NCBI GenBank assembly: GCA_976551045.1
Contig: CDPCPM010000021.1
Span: 2,976,001-3,040,000, forward strand
Origin: Glaucostegus cemiculus
Taxonomy: Eukaryota
Length of the DNA: 64,000 nucleotides
Reading direction: 5' to 3'
Both the position numbers and the translations under genes were made by a program. The number at the start of each line of letters is the position of its first letter. The first letter of the stretch is position 1. The notes under the pieces were generated by a model, which was not told where the DNA came from, searched no databases, and saw only the letters and a list, made by a program, of their open reading frames with translations. Of the stretch, positions 62,549 to 64,000 are shown piece by piece.

Positions 62549-64000
62549 AACTCACAAAATTAGCATGATGCGGTCAGCCAAAGGAGAGGGTAGGAATTCC
62601 AAATTTGTGAATAAAATTCAATAAATATTTTAAACAATTAAGTATATAATATAAATGTTTAAAAAAATAATTTTCCTTTACAAATATTGCCAATAAAAAC
62701 AAATAATTGATCTGAATTACTATATGGAATGTTTGTACTTTTTCCTGACCATAAGTCATGCATGTCAGCTACAGTCAGGCTTTGGATAGGTTAAAAAATA
62801 AGCTTCTTCAAGATGGAGGTATGTCTTTAATACCAACATCAAAAGTGCACATATGCTTGCTGAGTCTTCTGACCTCCACGTGCAACCAATGAGACCAGTG
62901 GGATTTGTTGGAAGGGTGACATGAGCTCTGTTGGGAGCTTGGTAGAAGCTGCAAGGGATTGCTGAGTAGTGCAAATAATGGCTGCGACTGGGAAGTAACT
63001 GGGTGATGAATGGCAGATTGGGCATTCCAGCCCTTTGGGATTTCGACAGAAAAGGAAAGGGTCAGAGCTGAAGTGTAGGAGATGGGACAGATTGGACCAA
63101 GACCCAACCAATGGAATTGGAGAGGAATGTTCAACTGGGGAAAAAGAAAGAAATATCAGAAGCACTGGTGTGGAATATGACACCATCAGTATAGAGGTAA
63201 TTGAAATAGAGCCTTACGGCAATATACTTTTTCACACTTAATCTCCAGTCTTCCATCTATTTTAGGCCTCCCCTTTTGTTCAGTTGTCTCGTTCTGTTAA
63301 GTTTCTTGACTATATAGTCACTTAAAATCAATCTCACCTTCAACTTTCTCAGATCAAACAAAATATTATCAACCTTTCTCTCTCCTCTGAGGCTACCTGA
63401 CCTCTGAATATTTCCAGTATTTTCTGTTATTTTTATCTTTAACTTTTACATAACCTTTCCTTCGTTCTAAAATCTGCTTCTTCAGATCCATCAATTTGCT
63501 TTCACTTCCAAAATATGTACATTTGTGAAAACTAGCTGATCTTATTGTCAAACAGCATACTTTTTTATTCCCTTGGTTTTGCAAAGCGTGATCGCTGTTC
63601 CATCTATTTAATTCTGGATCAAATGAAGGAAAACTAATCACATGATCATGCCCAGATGTCAGCCACTTTAAACAGATGCATGCTTAAGATTTATAAAGAT
63701 CAAATTTTAATTAATTGGCAAAGGCTAGGCTCCTTGCCACTGTTAATCCCTTGTCTTCTCAACAAGGGCACACACAAAGATGTTCATCATTCACTCAGAC
63801 TGTGTGACCCCACTCTTCTAGGTGGCTTTAGGAACCTGGTACCCAGACACTAATGGATCTCAGTAAGACAAAGTAATCAATATGTTGTTGAATCTATTCC
63901 AAACAATTACTAAATGTTTTTATGTGGTCAAAGGAAAATGACAACAAATTTACATATTTTAATATGTCAAGAAGAGTCACTCCAGTTTAGATTGACTACT

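Overview
Eukaryotic (vertebrate) genomic DNA. The repeat set (HE1-like V-SINEs, SacSINE1-like Deu-SINEs, abundant CR1, Rex1/Babar, Penelope) points to a cartilaginous fish (shark/ray). The window holds the 5' half of a Crumbs homolog 1 (CRB1) gene on the minus strand. I read six coding exons by hand with GT-AG boundaries: 52131-52053, 19443-18859, 13213-13018, 9893-9754, 7813-7631 and 3582-2623. They splice into one open frame (signal peptide, EGF repeats, first laminin-G domain, next EGF), and the gene continues past base 1. The main finding is a second, unannotated signal-peptide exon in intron 5 (4814-4766, MVLSVLKASIFMMVVA-G). It splices in frame to exon 6 and sits just downstream of a near-perfect Maf/NRL element and a perfect CRX/OTX dimer site, so it is a candidate CRB1-B-type photoreceptor internal promoter. 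The rest is intron or upstream DNA with nested transposons (solo LTR, hAT MITE, L1 with TSD, Penelope pieces with degenerate hammerhead cores) and two local inverted duplications. No prokaryotic features, CRISPR arrays, rRNA or true tRNA genes were seen. Repeat boundaries are approximate unless a TSD is given, and comparisons to human/mouse CRB1 come from memory, not an alignment.
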